IMG/VR virus record: IMGVR_UViG_3300009503_000019
Location: 57,042-121,041 of that record
Source of the DNA: a virus
DNA: 64,000 nt
Direction: 5' to 3' (one strand)
Translations under genes and position numbers: made by a program
Shown here: positions 8,675-18,585 of the stretch, one piece after another
How positions within the stretch are numbered: position 1 is the stretch's first letter
Layout: the number at the start of each line of letters is the position of its first letter
The notes under the pieces: model-generated
Told to the model about the DNA's origin: nothing
Seen by the model: the letters and a program-made list of their open reading frames with translations, nothing else
Database searches by the model: none

Positions 8675-9270
8675 TGCAGATAACAGATATCATTAAAGAT
8701 AATATTTTAAAAATCCTAAGAGAAGCTTTTATACGACATCCGGAATATCCTTTTAATTCAGATCCATTAGAAAGTAAAGTTATTATATGTGATTCTTATG
8801 CAGCAACATTAGAAGATGTTGAGAAAAGACCATTGATTGTATTAATGCGCCCAGGATTATCAATTGCAGAAGTTGGAGGTGCCTCTAAATTTGTAAATAG
8901 AAAAACTGGGGCATATCAAATAACTATAAACGTAGGAACCACAATTGAAATAAATTGTGTTGCAAAGAGCGGAATTGTAGCAGAAAGATTAGCTTCTTTC
9001 ATAGCTTTATTATTTATAGTAAATAAAGATGAATTAAGAAAATATGGGTTCCATAAAATTCAATCTGTCGGTATATCTGGAGAAATGCCTCAAGAATTTA
9101 CAGAACGAGAAGAAAAGGTTATTGTTTCAGTATCTATACAAACAATATTGATGTTAACATTCGAAGTTGTTCCTGAAACACTGGAAATTAAAGAAATTGG
9201 GATTGAAGTTCAAGCTAAACCTTCATTACAAGAACCTGCTTCAATCATTGATAGAATTAAGATTAAATGA
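8674..9270 (+). CDS. Tail terminator/completion protein (putative)
   Basis: 198 aa, position before the sheath gene. Confidence 0.45.
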   Translation: MQITDIIKDNILKILREAFIRHPEYPFNSDPLESKVIICDSYAATLEDVEKRPLIVLMRPGLSIAEVGGASKFVNRKTGAYQITINVGTTIEINCVAKSGIVAERLASFIALLFIVNKDELRKYGFHKIQSVGISGEMPQEFTEREEKVIVSVSIQTILMLTFEVVPETLEIKEIGIEVQAKPSLQEPASIIDRIKIK

Positions 9271-9271
9271 T

Positions 9272-9300
9272 TTGACTTATTTTTTTGTTTTTGATATTAT
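9272..9300 (+). promoter_or_regulatory. sigma70-type promoter
   Basis: TTGACT-17-TATTAT with extended -10 TGn. Confidence 0.7.
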
Positions 9301-9322
9301 TACTTAAAATAATTATTGGAGG

Positions 9323-9748
9323 ATGAAAATGCATTTGTATCTAAGATCGCGAATAAACCAGGCAAAATTAGAAAAATTAGCCCAATTTGCACCAGAAGTA
9401 TTTCTTACTCCTAAAACAAGAAGTGTGTTTCGTGCATTAGCAGAAAGATTAACACGAACTACTCCCACTCTTGCGGAAGAATACTTTAAACCAATGCATA
9501 GAATTTGGTATGACACAATGAGAAAGATCCCTGCACCATATGATTGGTTAGGGGCTTCGGAACGAGCTATGAGACATAGAGTGTTTTCAGAAGTCGAACG
9601 TGCACCTAAAATTTTAAGAGAAGCATTTGGAATTCCTTTTGAAGAATCAATGGAATTGACTCATAGAATTGATCCAGAGATTATTGCAGAAAGATTAAGA
9701 CAAGATTTATTAAGAACTTTTGCAAGGAGATATCCATGGCTAAAATAA
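9323..9748 (+). CDS. Arg-rich K-x-A motif protein
   Basis: GGAGG RBS; KLEKLAQ at residues 15-21 followed by a basic helical body. Confidence 0.75.
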   Translation: MKMHLYLRSRINQAKLEKLAQFAPEVFLTPKTRSVFRALAERLTRTTPTLAEEYFKPMHRIWYDTMRKIPAPYDWLGASERAMRHRVFSEVERAPKILREAFGIPFEESMELTHRIDPEIIAERLRQDLLRTFARRYPWLK

Positions 9749-11862
9749 CAGCACCACATATTGAGATTTATGAGTATTATCGTGTCGTTGCACCTGCTGT
9801 AGGACCAACCCGACTCATGGCTAATATTGTTGGTCCTCTTTATAAATTGAAAAAAAACGAATACAAAGCTCCTTATGATGGTAATTCAGATGTGTTGATT
9901 ACATTCACTGTGGAACCTAATACGGAATTTGATGAATCCTATGTATCATTCAAATTAAGAACTTTATATGGAACTGAATATGACTTGCCTATTGCTAAAT
10001 ATGATTTATCCAATTATCCATCAGTTGCCACAGATTCTGGAATATCAGTGACTGCAAGTGGCGGAATAGCAGTTAGGCCAGATGATTTTATTGAAATTAC
10101 CGATCCTATTCCATTAAAAGGCAAATATAAAATCACAGCAGTCACATTCGATGGAACAAAATATACAATTACTTTAGATGGTTGGATTACTGGATATACA
10201 TGTTCAGTTAAAGCAAAAGTATTGGTATTGAATCCTGTTAGAGAAGCGACTGCTCAATATAGAATCAAAGCATATCAGGGATTAAATGAGCATCCTGTTT
10301 CTATTCCATTCACAGGAGTTACTGCTACATTAGATACAACTGCGAATACAGTTTTAACATTTGCATTGGCTAATGATATCAAACATATTATTGATGGAGA
10401 TACGGTTTATATAACGAGTAGTACAGATACTCATTTAGCAGTCGGTTCCTACAAGATAATTCAAAAAGCGTCTGCTACAACATTAACAATTCAACATGTT
10501 GCAGGAGTAACTGGATCTTCTACAGTTGCAGGATATTTCATTTATGGCAGCTCTGTGTCCACTGGAAAAATATATTCTAATTCCAGAGCACTGGATAAAT
10601 CTCAAACTGATATTATTACAATTAATTCTGTACAGGATTTAGAGAACAGATTTGGGGAAGTTGATCTGGATAATCCGTTAGTATTTGGCGTTTATATGGC
10701 AATGCTTAATGGTGCTACTCCCTGTTATGCACAGGCAATTCCTTCTAATGATGAAAGTGGCTACGCAGCAGTTACTGATATATGGGATAAAAGAGATTTT
10801 TACGTAGTAGCTCCTCTTACAGATTCTGATACTGTTATTAATAATTATCATACTAAAGCAGTTGCTCTTTCTGCACCAGATGTTGCAAAATGGAAACGAA
10901 TAGTTGCAGGAAAATCTGTTCCAAAAATAACATCTATATTTACAGGAAATAATACAAATATGACTGGCGGACTTGTCAAAGTTGATGATTCATCTTTCAG
11001 TGTAACATTCACATCAACTACTAATATTCCATGGGATAAAGTTGTTGTTAATAAGACGAAATTTAAAATATCAAATTGTTCAGATTCTCATTTCAATGGT
11101 GAATATTTGATAACTGCATCTTCTCCGGCAGATAGAAAAATCACATGTTCTGGCGCAATAGGTAAAGATCAAACTACACTTACATTCAATTGCTCACTAA
11201 TTAATCCAATGTCTACTGAAGAGCAAGTAGATACTTTAGCATCTTATGGAGAAATTTATGCATCAAGATTGATATCTATAATAATTGGTGATGTTTATAC
11301 ATCAATCAATGGAACTGACACAGCAATTCCTACTTATTATGCTGCAGCGGGATTAGCTGGTATGGTAGAAGGATATGCTCCACATGTTCAATTTAATGGA
11401 TATCCCATTGCAGGAATAACCAAAGTTGAGAATACATGGGATATATTTACGGAAGATCAATTATCTACAATTGCAGGTGGGGGAATAATAATTCTTGTTC
11501 AGAAAACTCCTACTTCACAACCATACATTAGAAATCAGTTAACTACTGATGTTAGCGATTTACTCAAAAGATCTTTATCTGTAGTAAAATCAGTGGATTA
11601 TTTCAAAAGACTTATTTATGATAATGTGGTAGATTTCTTGAAAGGATGGAATGTTGTTGCTGAGGCAATTGAGGGATTACAAATAAAATTACAGGCAGTT
11701 ATAAACTTTGCAAGAAGTTTCAATGTGCCAAAAGCAGGAACTTTAATAGTCAGTGCTAATATTGATCAGATTGTTCCACAGGATAATGCAATATCAATCA
11801 CAATTTCGGCAGTATTTCCTAAGCCACTTGAAGTAATTAGAATTGAATTATATATAAGTTAA
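9736..11862 (+). CDS. Contractile tail sheath protein
   Basis: 708 aa Thr/Val-rich, LENRFGEVDLDNPLVFG, C-terminal YIRNQLTTD...LSVVKSVD, followed by a tube-sized gene. Confidence 0.85.
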   Translation: MAKITAPHIEIYEYYRVVAPAVGPTRLMANIVGPLYKLKKNEYKAPYDGNSDVLITFTVEPNTEFDESYVSFKLRTLYGTEYDLPIAKYDLSNYPSVATDSGISVTASGGIAVRPDDFIEITDPIPLKGKYKITAVTFDGTKYTITLDGWITGYTCSVKAKVLVLNPVREATAQYRIKAYQGLNEHPVSIPFTGVTATLDTTANTVLTFALANDIKHIIDGDTVYITSSTDTHLAVGSYKIIQKASATTLTIQHVAGVTGSSTVAGYFIYGSSVSTGKIYSNSRALDKSQTDIITINSVQDLENRFGEVDLDNPLVFGVYMAMLNGATPCYAQAIPSNDESGYAAVTDIWDKRDFYVVAPLTDSDTVINNYHTKAVALSAPDVAKWKRIVAGKSVPKITSIFTGNNTNMTGGLVKVDDSSFSVTFTSTTNIPWDKVVVNKTKFKISNCSDSHFNGEYLITASSPADRKITCSGAIGKDQTTLTFNCSLINPMSTEEQVDTLASYGEIYASRLISIIIGDVYTSINGTDTAIPTYYAAAGLAGMVEGYAPHVQFNGYPIAGITKVENTWDIFTEDQLSTIAGGGIIILVQKTPTSQPYIRNQLTTDVSDLLKRSLSVVKSVDYFKRLIYDNVVDFLKGWNVVAEAIEGLQIKLQAVINFARSFNVPKAGTLIVSANIDQIVPQDNAISITISAVFPKPLEVIRIELYIS

Positions 11863-11886
11863 AAATAAATGAAGGAGGTATAAAAA

Positions 11887-12585
11887 ATGGCATTAGTGCC
11901 TAGTTGGGATTTTAAAAATTTTCATGTTTATCAAAAAGCGAAACCTGTATTTGTCAACTACGAAAGTGTATTAATATGTTCTGCTCCTGCAAATAATGAA
12001 GATTTAGCTAATGGTGAACTTGTCCCAATTGGATTGGTTGAGAATTTTGGAGTTGGATTTGGATTGCAAATGCAGAGAATATTCGAAATTGGTTCTTCTC
12101 TTAATTACATAGTTCCAGGAAATGCTATGGGTTCAGGTTCAATTTCTACTGTGATATATGGTGGACCTTCTTTGTTATCACTTTTATATGCTTCATATAA
12201 AATGTCTTTTGCTAATACCGATGTGGTAATAGCTTCAACAATACCTGATGGTTATGATTTATCAAAACAATTAAAAGAACCACCAGGGTTTCCTATTTTG
12301 CATACTGATCAGCAAACATATCCGAATAAATATGGATTCTTTGGGTTCGATTTAGGGTCTAATTTGTTCAATAGACCATTCGGATTGATGGTAATATTTC
12401 ATGATATAAATAATACACCTTTGGGAGCTATTTTACTTGAAGATTGTTATGTTTCAGGTTCTCAATTTGGAATGAGTGCGGGTGCCGTTGTTTTGATGGA
12501 AACTGTGACATTTACTTTTGAGCGCTCTACACCTTATACATTAGCTGCAATGGCAGGAGTTGAAGCTGCAGGCGCAATTGTATGA
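11887..12585 (+). CDS. Tail tube protein
   Basis: 232 aa right after the sheath; QRIFEIGS and LLEDCYV...ETVTFTFE pattern. Confidence 0.75.
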   Translation: MALVPSWDFKNFHVYQKAKPVFVNYESVLICSAPANNEDLANGELVPIGLVENFGVGFGLQMQRIFEIGSSLNYIVPGNAMGSGSISTVIYGGPSLLSLLYASYKMSFANTDVVIASTIPDGYDLSKQLKEPPGFPILHTDQQTYPNKYGFFGFDLGSNLFNRPFGLMVIFHDINNTPLGAILLEDCYVSGSQFGMSAGAVVLMETVTFTFERSTPYTLAAMAGVEAAGAIV

Positions 12586-12603
12586 TTGTAATCAATAAAA
12601 TAA

Positions 12604-12957
12604 ATGATTACGATTAATAAAATAAATGAACCAAAAACAATTTCTCCTTCTGCATTTACTCGTCCTGTAATATTCATATTTAAAGGTAAGATGTTGACAT
12701 TACAAATTAGTGAAAAAAATAATGATTTAATTGTAAATCTACAAGCACCTTTAAATATTGATAATTTTTTCTATGAGCAGATTCCTATGATGATAATTAA
12801 AGGTCTTTCAGATATTATTCCTGAGACCATACAAGTGCATATTTATATTCATTCAGATATTAAAGGACATTCTATAGTATTTGAGAATGCGAAGAATCAT
12901 CCTTTTTATGATATGTTAAAAGAAAAAATTACAAAAAAATTATTATCTATGTTTTAG
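12604..12957 (+). CDS. Hypothetical protein
   Basis: 117 aa ORF, converges on the next gene. Confidence 0.6.
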   Translation: MITINKINEPKTISPSAFTRPVIFIFKGKMLTLQISEKNNDLIVNLQAPLNIDNFFYEQIPMMIIKGLSDIIPETIQVHIYIHSDIKGHSIVFENAKNHPFYDMLKEKITKKLLSMF

Positions 12958-13253
12958 TATAATTTTCTTATGATTTTTCCATTTAAATTTTTTGTTTTTA
13001 TTTTTGTAATTCTTGTATTAGCTATTATTGTATCAGATATCTCTTCAAAAATATTATAAAGTTGTTCTTCAGTATATTGAGATATATCAATTATTTTATT
13101 TAAATTAGGGTTGTTAAACAAGAATTGTAAGAAGATTTTATTATTTTTTAATATTAACATTGTATTTAATTCTTCATCTGTGATTAAACATCTAAAATAT
13201 TTGATTTTAGGATTATTTTTTAATTTTGAGACTAATTCTATTATTTTTTCCAT
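12954..13253 (-). CDS. Hypothetical protein
   Basis: 99 aa K/I/N-rich ORF downstream of RNase HII. Confidence 0.6.
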   Translation of the reverse strand: MEKIIELVSKLKNNPKIKYFRCLITDEELNTMLILKNNKIFLQFLFNNPNLNKIIDISQYTEEQLYNIFEEISDTIIANTRITKIKTKNLNGKIIRKLY

Positions 13254-13270
13254 TTTAATTCCTCAGAAAG

Positions 13271-13906
13271 TTAAACCAGATTTTCAATTAGATATATTCT
13301 ATGCCATTTAGATGGTCCATATTTTAATATATCTTGAAAGTGTCTTTTCGATCTATAACCTTTATTTGATATAAAATCATATCTATTTTTCATACTTTTA
13401 CCAATTTTTATCATTAAATAATCTCTAAATACTTTTGCAATAATTGACGCAGCAGCCACTTCATAATAATTTTCATCTGCCTTAGGAAGAGCAATAGTCA
13501 ACCCATTTATTCTAATAGGAATATTGTGGAAATCTATAGTAATTCTTGCAGTGATTTTGTCATTATGCTTCAAAAAATTTAGAAAAGGTCCTAATGCTTG
13601 TATCATTGCTAATTTTGAACACCAATTGAGATTCTTATAACTATTTATTATGTCAACAGATACTATACCAAATGAATATAATCCATTATTTATTAGCTCT
13701 TTAGCTAATTCTAATCTCTCTTTAGGAGCTAATTGTTTTGAATCTTTTAAGTGATTTGCAATTTTTTTATTAGGAGAATAGGCGCAGGCAATTAAGGGTC
13801 CTGCAATTGCACTGACCCCTACTTCATCTACGCCTATTCTCAAATCAAAATGAGTATATTCAAATAAGTCATACAAGGCTTCGCATTCCTGCTTTCTTGG
13901 TTTCAC
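13271..13906 (-). CDS. rnhB: Ribonuclease HII
   Basis: GVDEVG..IAGP, DSKQL, KAD...VAAASIIAKVFRD, NKGY, HR motifs; GTG start. Confidence 0.88.
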   Translation of the reverse strand: MKPRKQECEALYDLFEYTHFDLRIGVDEVGVSAIAGPLIACAYSPNKKIANHLKDSKQLAPKERLELAKELINNGLYSFGIVSVDIINSYKNLNWCSKLAMIQALGPFLNFLKHNDKITARITIDFHNIPIRINGLTIALPKADENYYEVAAASIIAKVFRDYLMIKIGKSMKNRYDFISNKGYRSKRHFQDILKYGPSKWHRIYLIENLV

Positions 13907-14369
13907 GAACTTTATTTAATATTTCCATTTTCTCAAACAGCATATCGAAATCTTTTATATCAGAAGGCTTTCCGATGAAAATGCAGTAATCATATATTCT
14001 GTAAGTTGACTCTACACCAAAGTCTGTTTTTAGCCTTTTTTCATCTTTAGTGACAATAGCTATTTGCTTACCATCAGTTGCAACATAAAGATCTTTATCA
14101 GTATTAAATCTGAAATTTTTTGGAATCAATAATTGTTCTTGGAACATCATATCCGCATTTTCTTCTAATACAAATACTCGCCATTCTCCACTTTTCGGAG
14201 CAACTAACATAGTTATTTCTTTATTCTTGTCAGAATATTTGATAGGCCATGCCGCAGATTGTTTTTCAGGAATAGCAGCAACTAGCCAGCATCTTGGAAA
14301 ATTGGGGATTTTTACACCATAAATTGGTTTCAATTTAGGTTCTGTTGATTCTTTTTTCATCATCAGCAC
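13869..14369 (-). CDS. Hypothetical protein
   Basis: AAGGAGGTG RBS, 166 aa. Confidence 0.7.
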   Translation of the reverse strand: MLMMKKESTEPKLKPIYGVKIPNFPRCWLVAAIPEKQSAAWPIKYSDKNKEITMLVAPKSGEWRVFVLEENADMMFQEQLLIPKNFRFNTDKDLYVATDGKQIAIVTKDEKRLKTDFGVESTYRIYDYCIFIGKPSDIKDFDMLFEKMEILNKVRETKKAGMRSLV

Positions 14370-14474
14370 CTCCTTAAAAATTATTTTATTTTATTTCATT
14401 TTCAATTGTCAATTAAAATTTGAATTTTTGGGGTTTCTTCATACAATGTGTTTTATAACAAGATTTTGAAAAAT

Positions 14475-15878
14475 TTATATTGTGAATTCCTTCCCCTTTT
14501 CTGCATGCCATGAAATAAATGATGGTTGTCTGTATGCTCCTGAAGGCAATTGCTCAATAGTTCTTATTCTTGCAACTCGTCCAACATATTTTTCAGGATG
14601 CTTCCACATATCTATTTTCTCTTCTCTCGTAAATCCCGTTCCTACTGCACCTACAATAGGACCATTAGGAGTTAATGAATATCCAAATCCACCTGCGGCA
14701 ATTCCTTTCATACTTCCTTTTGCAGGTAGAATTTCTCTCACATAAACATCCACATCTTTTTTGAATTTCGCTTTCAATGGTTTTTGCCAGTTAGTTAAAT
14801 TCTGTATAACTATACCTTCAATAGTTTCAGGAACTTTGCCAGATTTTATACGTTCCATTAAATCTAATTTTTCATGTGGCTCAATTGCATATTCCGGTAC
14901 TTCTATGCCAGGAATTTTGGATTCAATTTCATGTAATAATTTCAATTTTTCTGCATACGGCAATTGAGATACATCTTTTCCTTTATATTTTTCAATATCA
15001 AATACAGTAGTTCTTGGAATTGCTCCTAATTGATTTAATATTGCACGAGAAGTCCATGTATTTGAATTTGTATATTTAATAATTTCATTTATAGGAATAA
15101 ACCTGCCTGTTTTTTTACTTACTAAAAATAATTCCCCTCTAGCAACTGTTCCTTTTAACTCTGGAGCATGTATATTAAATAAATGTGGAATTTTATATGT
15201 ATGTTCTATCAATCCAGTTTCAGACAATACTGAATCTCTAGGAGAAAATATTTTTAATTTACCATTAGGTTTAAAATAATATACAACTTGTACACCATCG
15301 TCTTTTCTGGAGAATAAATAATTAGGGTCATGTACATATTTCTTGGCGTCTTCAATAGAGATTTCTTTAAATTTTGGTCTATCATCGGGAACATCCGGTA
15401 ATGAAGATCTATCGTCAGTGACATCCATAAAAAGCCATTGATTACCACTAGTTCTTTTTAGTAAGTATTCTCTTACAGTATTTCCACGATATATATTAAA
15501 TCTAATTTCATTATCATCAGCATGTAGTATTTCAGCATTATCTCTCTCTACAATTCTAACTGTTCCTTCGCCATATCCTGGACCAATTTCTCCTTCAAAA
15601 TTGAAATAATCAATATCATGTGTAAATGTTTGATTTGCTAGTCTGGGCTGCCCGCGTGTAGGTAAATACCTAACTGCCCATGAATGGCCGTGTCCTGTTT
15701 TTGGATCTCCTAATCTGACATCATAATGTTTTCCTGCTCTTTTTGCTTGATGCTCCTGTATAACAAATTCCCATATTTCAGGCTGAGTTACAGGCCTGAT
15801 TCTATGCGTAGTTGTAGGCAATGGAATGCCTGGAGCGAATTCTTTTTTTCCTGCAGAATATTTTAATAATGTGTCCAT
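14475..15878 (-). CDS. LigD-type 3'-phosphoesterase fused to ATP-dependent DNA ligase
   Basis: FVIQEHQAKRAGKHYDVRL (LigD PE motif); KDDG, RGELF, EGIV, AKFK, VGTGF and YRQPSF ligase motifs; start moved to ATG 15878. Confidence 0.85.
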   Translation of the reverse strand: MDTLLKYSAGKKEFAPGIPLPTTTHRIRPVTQPEIWEFVIQEHQAKRAGKHYDVRLGDPKTGHGHSWAVRYLPTRGQPRLANQTFTHDIDYFNFEGEIGPGYGEGTVRIVERDNAEILHADDNEIRFNIYRGNTVREYLLKRTSGNQWLFMDVTDDRSSLPDVPDDRPKFKEISIEDAKKYVHDPNYLFSRKDDGVQVVYYFKPNGKLKIFSPRDSVLSETGLIEHTYKIPHLFNIHAPELKGTVARGELFLVSKKTGRFIPINEIIKYTNSNTWTSRAILNQLGAIPRTTVFDIEKYKGKDVSQLPYAEKLKLLHEIESKIPGIEVPEYAIEPHEKLDLMERIKSGKVPETIEGIVIQNLTNWQKPLKAKFKKDVDVYVREILPAKGSMKGIAAGGFGYSLTPNGPIVGAVGTGFTREEKIDMWKHPEKYVGRVARIRTIEQLPSGAYRQPSFISWHAEKGKEFTI

Positions 15879-15934
15879 TTTTAACAATCTTAACAAAAAT
15901 TGAATTATTTTTCAAAATAAGCGATAATAATAAC

Positions 15935-17290
15935 ATGCACTTTTTAACAATATTAGACACACCATGTATGACCTTTCAGTTATTAAAAGAAGGGCATAAA
16001 ATCACTATTCTTGCTTTAAAAGATTTTGAAAAAACAAAAGAATTATATAAAGATATAAAAAATGTGAAAATTATAAATAATGCTAGTGATATTCCTTCAG
16101 ATGTGGACTTTGCAATATTCGTAGGTGCAACTAATCGTGAATTTATGGTTGCATCACAATTAAGAAAAAGAATTCCTGGTTTACTCGCTCCTTTAGAATT
16201 AATTCAACTGGAATTGGATAGAGAACTTGGTAAGAAAGTCGCTATGTCTTTAGGTTTAAATGTTCCTAAATACGCACAAATGAAAATTTCAGAAGCTGTT
16301 AATTATGTTAAGACCAGAAAAGTGCCTCAGGTCATAAAAGCAATAAAAAATAAACCCACATTCAGTACTACTATATGCAATACTATAGATGATACGATCT
16401 TTTCATTGATTAAACTGCAAAAGATTTTAGGAGATGTTGATGTAGAGGTAGAAGATAAGATTTTTGGTACTGAAATAGGTGTTGAGAGTTTCTTTAATGG
16501 TAGAACATTCATGAAACCAATAAATATCAGTTTTGAACATAAACATCCATATGATGGGGATATGGGACCATTAAGTCCTGAAGCAGGAACACTCATGTAT
16601 TATGAATTTCCTTCTTTATTGTATATGGAAACTTTATATAAAATTGAACCATTATTAGCGCGATTTGGCTATCATGGTGATTTCGCAATGGGAATGATGC
16701 TGGAATATGAAACAAATAAACTATACTTTCTTGAATTTACTGTTCGATTTGGATATCCAGAAATAATGATACAATTATCTGCAATGAAGAATATGACATT
16801 GTCGGAATTATTCTTAACAATTTATAACGGAAAGCGTGATACTTTAGATATAGAAGACAAATTTATTAATGGGATTTGTTATCAAACTGGAGGAGCTCCT
16901 ATACCTGCAGGTATGAAAGTGGGAGAGGGGCATTTAATTAATTATAAAAATAAAGGATTAACAATTAAAGATCTATACAATCCGCCAGAAAATACATATT
17001 TCGTAGATATAGAAAGAATTGATGATTATATCGCGGCAGCTGCTGCGCCTATGCCACTGGTTGCAACGGGTAGCGGATATACTGCAGCAGAAGCAGTTTT
17101 AAATTCTTATTTAAATATTCAAAATTTTTCAATTGTCTATGGATTTTATAGAACTGATATTGGAAGAAAAATGATTGAGGAAGGTTGCAAACATGTATAT
17201 GAAGCAGGTTATATGGACAATAATAGATTCTCAAGATTTTATGTTCCTCAGTTTGATGTGAGAAGTTTATTAAAGAATTTTGTAATATGA
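15935..17290 (+). CDS. PurD-like ATP-grasp enzyme
   Basis: LELDRELGKK, VIKA, EDKIFGTEI, EHKHPYDGDMGP..PEAGT, LEFTVRFGYPE; start moved to ATG 15935 to avoid head-to-head overlap with the ligase. Confidence 0.75.
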   Translation: MHFLTILDTPCMTFQLLKEGHKITILALKDFEKTKELYKDIKNVKIINNASDIPSDVDFAIFVGATNREFMVASQLRKRIPGLLAPLELIQLELDRELGKKVAMSLGLNVPKYAQMKISEAVNYVKTRKVPQVIKAIKNKPTFSTTICNTIDDTIFSLIKLQKILGDVDVEVEDKIFGTEIGVESFFNGRTFMKPINISFEHKHPYDGDMGPLSPEAGTLMYYEFPSLLYMETLYKIEPLLARFGYHGDFAMGMMLEYETNKLYFLEFTVRFGYPEIMIQLSAMKNMTLSELFLTIYNGKRDTLDIEDKFINGICYQTGGAPIPAGMKVGEGHLINYKNKGLTIKDLYNPPENTYFVDIERIDDYIAAAAAPMPLVATGSGYTAAEAVLNSYLNIQNFSIVYGFYRTDIGRKMIEEGCKHVYEAGYMDNNRFSRFYVPQFDVRSLLKNFVI

Positions 17291-17928
17291 AAGATTATTT
17301 TTTACTAATGGCAATGCAATGCCCAGAGGAATTTGGTTTATATATTAAAAATAAATTACCTTCTTTATTATCTAGACTACTTAAAGATACAATTATTAAT
17401 ATGCATATTGAAGAAAATGAATTACCTGAATATGTAGTTAAAGAGGAAGTTCCAGCCGAAGTAGATGAAGAAAAAAATAAAATTGATATTTATATTCCAA
17501 TAATAAAACAAAAAAATAATCCCGATGAAGAATTATTATTAACAGTTTATCATGAGCTATTTCATATATTTTCTTATCATATTTCTTTTTATAATAGACT
17601 TGAATCTGTATTAAAAGGATATATAAGTGATTTTCTGGGAATTACTAAAGAAGATATTGAAGAATTTTTACTTGATGTTGAACAATTCGATATCAAAGAA
17701 TTCATCAAATACGCAGGATTAGAAAAGAGCTGGAATGAGGATTATTTAAAAGAATGTGCGGAACTTGATAAAGATAATGGTATTTTAAAATATATTAAAA
17801 ATGATTTATTAAGAGGAATAATTGAAGATGCGTTTGCAGAAACATTTGCAAGAATGATGATAGGATTGAAAATAGATATAAATTGCCTTCCATTTGAAAA
17901 ATTATTAAAAAAGATAAATTTCTATTGA
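17287..17928 (+). CDS. Zincin-like metallopeptidase domain protein
   Basis: VYHELFH plus downstream EDAFAETFA; ATGA-coupled to the ATP-grasp gene. Confidence 0.6.
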   Translation: MKDYFLLMAMQCPEEFGLYIKNKLPSLLSRLLKDTIINMHIEENELPEYVVKEEVPAEVDEEKNKIDIYIPIIKQKNNPDEELLLTVYHELFHIFSYHISFYNRLESVLKGYISDFLGITKEDIEEFLLDVEQFDIKEFIKYAGLEKSWNEDYLKECAELDKDNGILKYIKNDLLRGIIEDAFAETFARMMIGLKIDINCLPFEKLLKKINFY

Positions 17929-17960
17929 CAAATAATTTTTTATTTTTTAAATTGTTATTA

Positions 17961-18242
17961 ATGAAAGAGAAATTGTCATCAGCACAGGATGCCATAAAAC
18001 AGTTTTGCTTATTCTGTTTGAATATTGAGAGGAAAACTCATACTTATTATACTTCAGAGTTAGTAAAGAGATTATGTAATGCTATTGATTGCCCATTCTG
18101 GCCCGATAATAATCCTTTGAGACATCCTTTAAAAGCAATAAAATTAAAATGTAAAGATTGTAGTCCTTATGGACATGAGTCTGATGGATGTTTTCAATGT
18201 TCTATATATGAATGGCTAAGATTGAGAGAAAAAGCAGGCTAA
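17961..18242 (+). CDS. Cys-rich putative Zn-binding protein
   Basis: CLFC, C..IDCP, CKDC, CFQC; ATG 17961 preferred to TTG 17925. Confidence 0.65.
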   Translation: MKEKLSSAQDAIKQFCLFCLNIERKTHTYYTSELVKRLCNAIDCPFWPDNNPLRHPLKAIKLKCKDCSPYGHESDGCFQCSIYEWLRLREKAG

Positions 18243-18514
18243 TATCCTCTCCTTCTCCACTCAAGAGCTCTAGGATGTTGTGAATGATAGGCACTTCGTT
18301 TACGACCTTTCTCAGTGAGTTGCATTGTTCCTGGTTTCAAATAACCAGTTCTTTGTAATTGCTTCACGGCAATTGCATATGCTTGTTCTCTTGTATATTC
18401 AGGATGCTCTTTCATTATTCTAGCGGCAACGTGATCAACTAATTCAGGAGTAGGATCTCCTCTTTCTCTACCCGCTATCTTTTCATATACTACTTTAAAA
18501 ATCCTATTCCACAT
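18239..18514 (-). CDS. Arg-rich K-x-A motif protein
   Basis: AAGAAGGA RBS before ATG 18514; MWNRIFKVVYEKIAGRERG... basic body. Confidence 0.8.
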   Translation of the reverse strand: MWNRIFKVVYEKIAGRERGDPTPELVDHVAARIMKEHPEYTREQAYAIAVKQLQRTGYLKPGTMQLTEKGRKRSAYHSQHPRALEWRRRGY

Positions 18515-18585
18515 TTTATCCTTCTTCAATAAATATATTATTATTTTATAAGATACAAATATTAAAGTCAAATTTCAGTTTAGAT

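Noticed and set aside
15821-15934. N-terminal extension of the ATP-grasp ORF as given in the track
   Set aside because: Would overlap the ligase start head-to-head; ATG 15935 leaves a normal divergent intergenic gap
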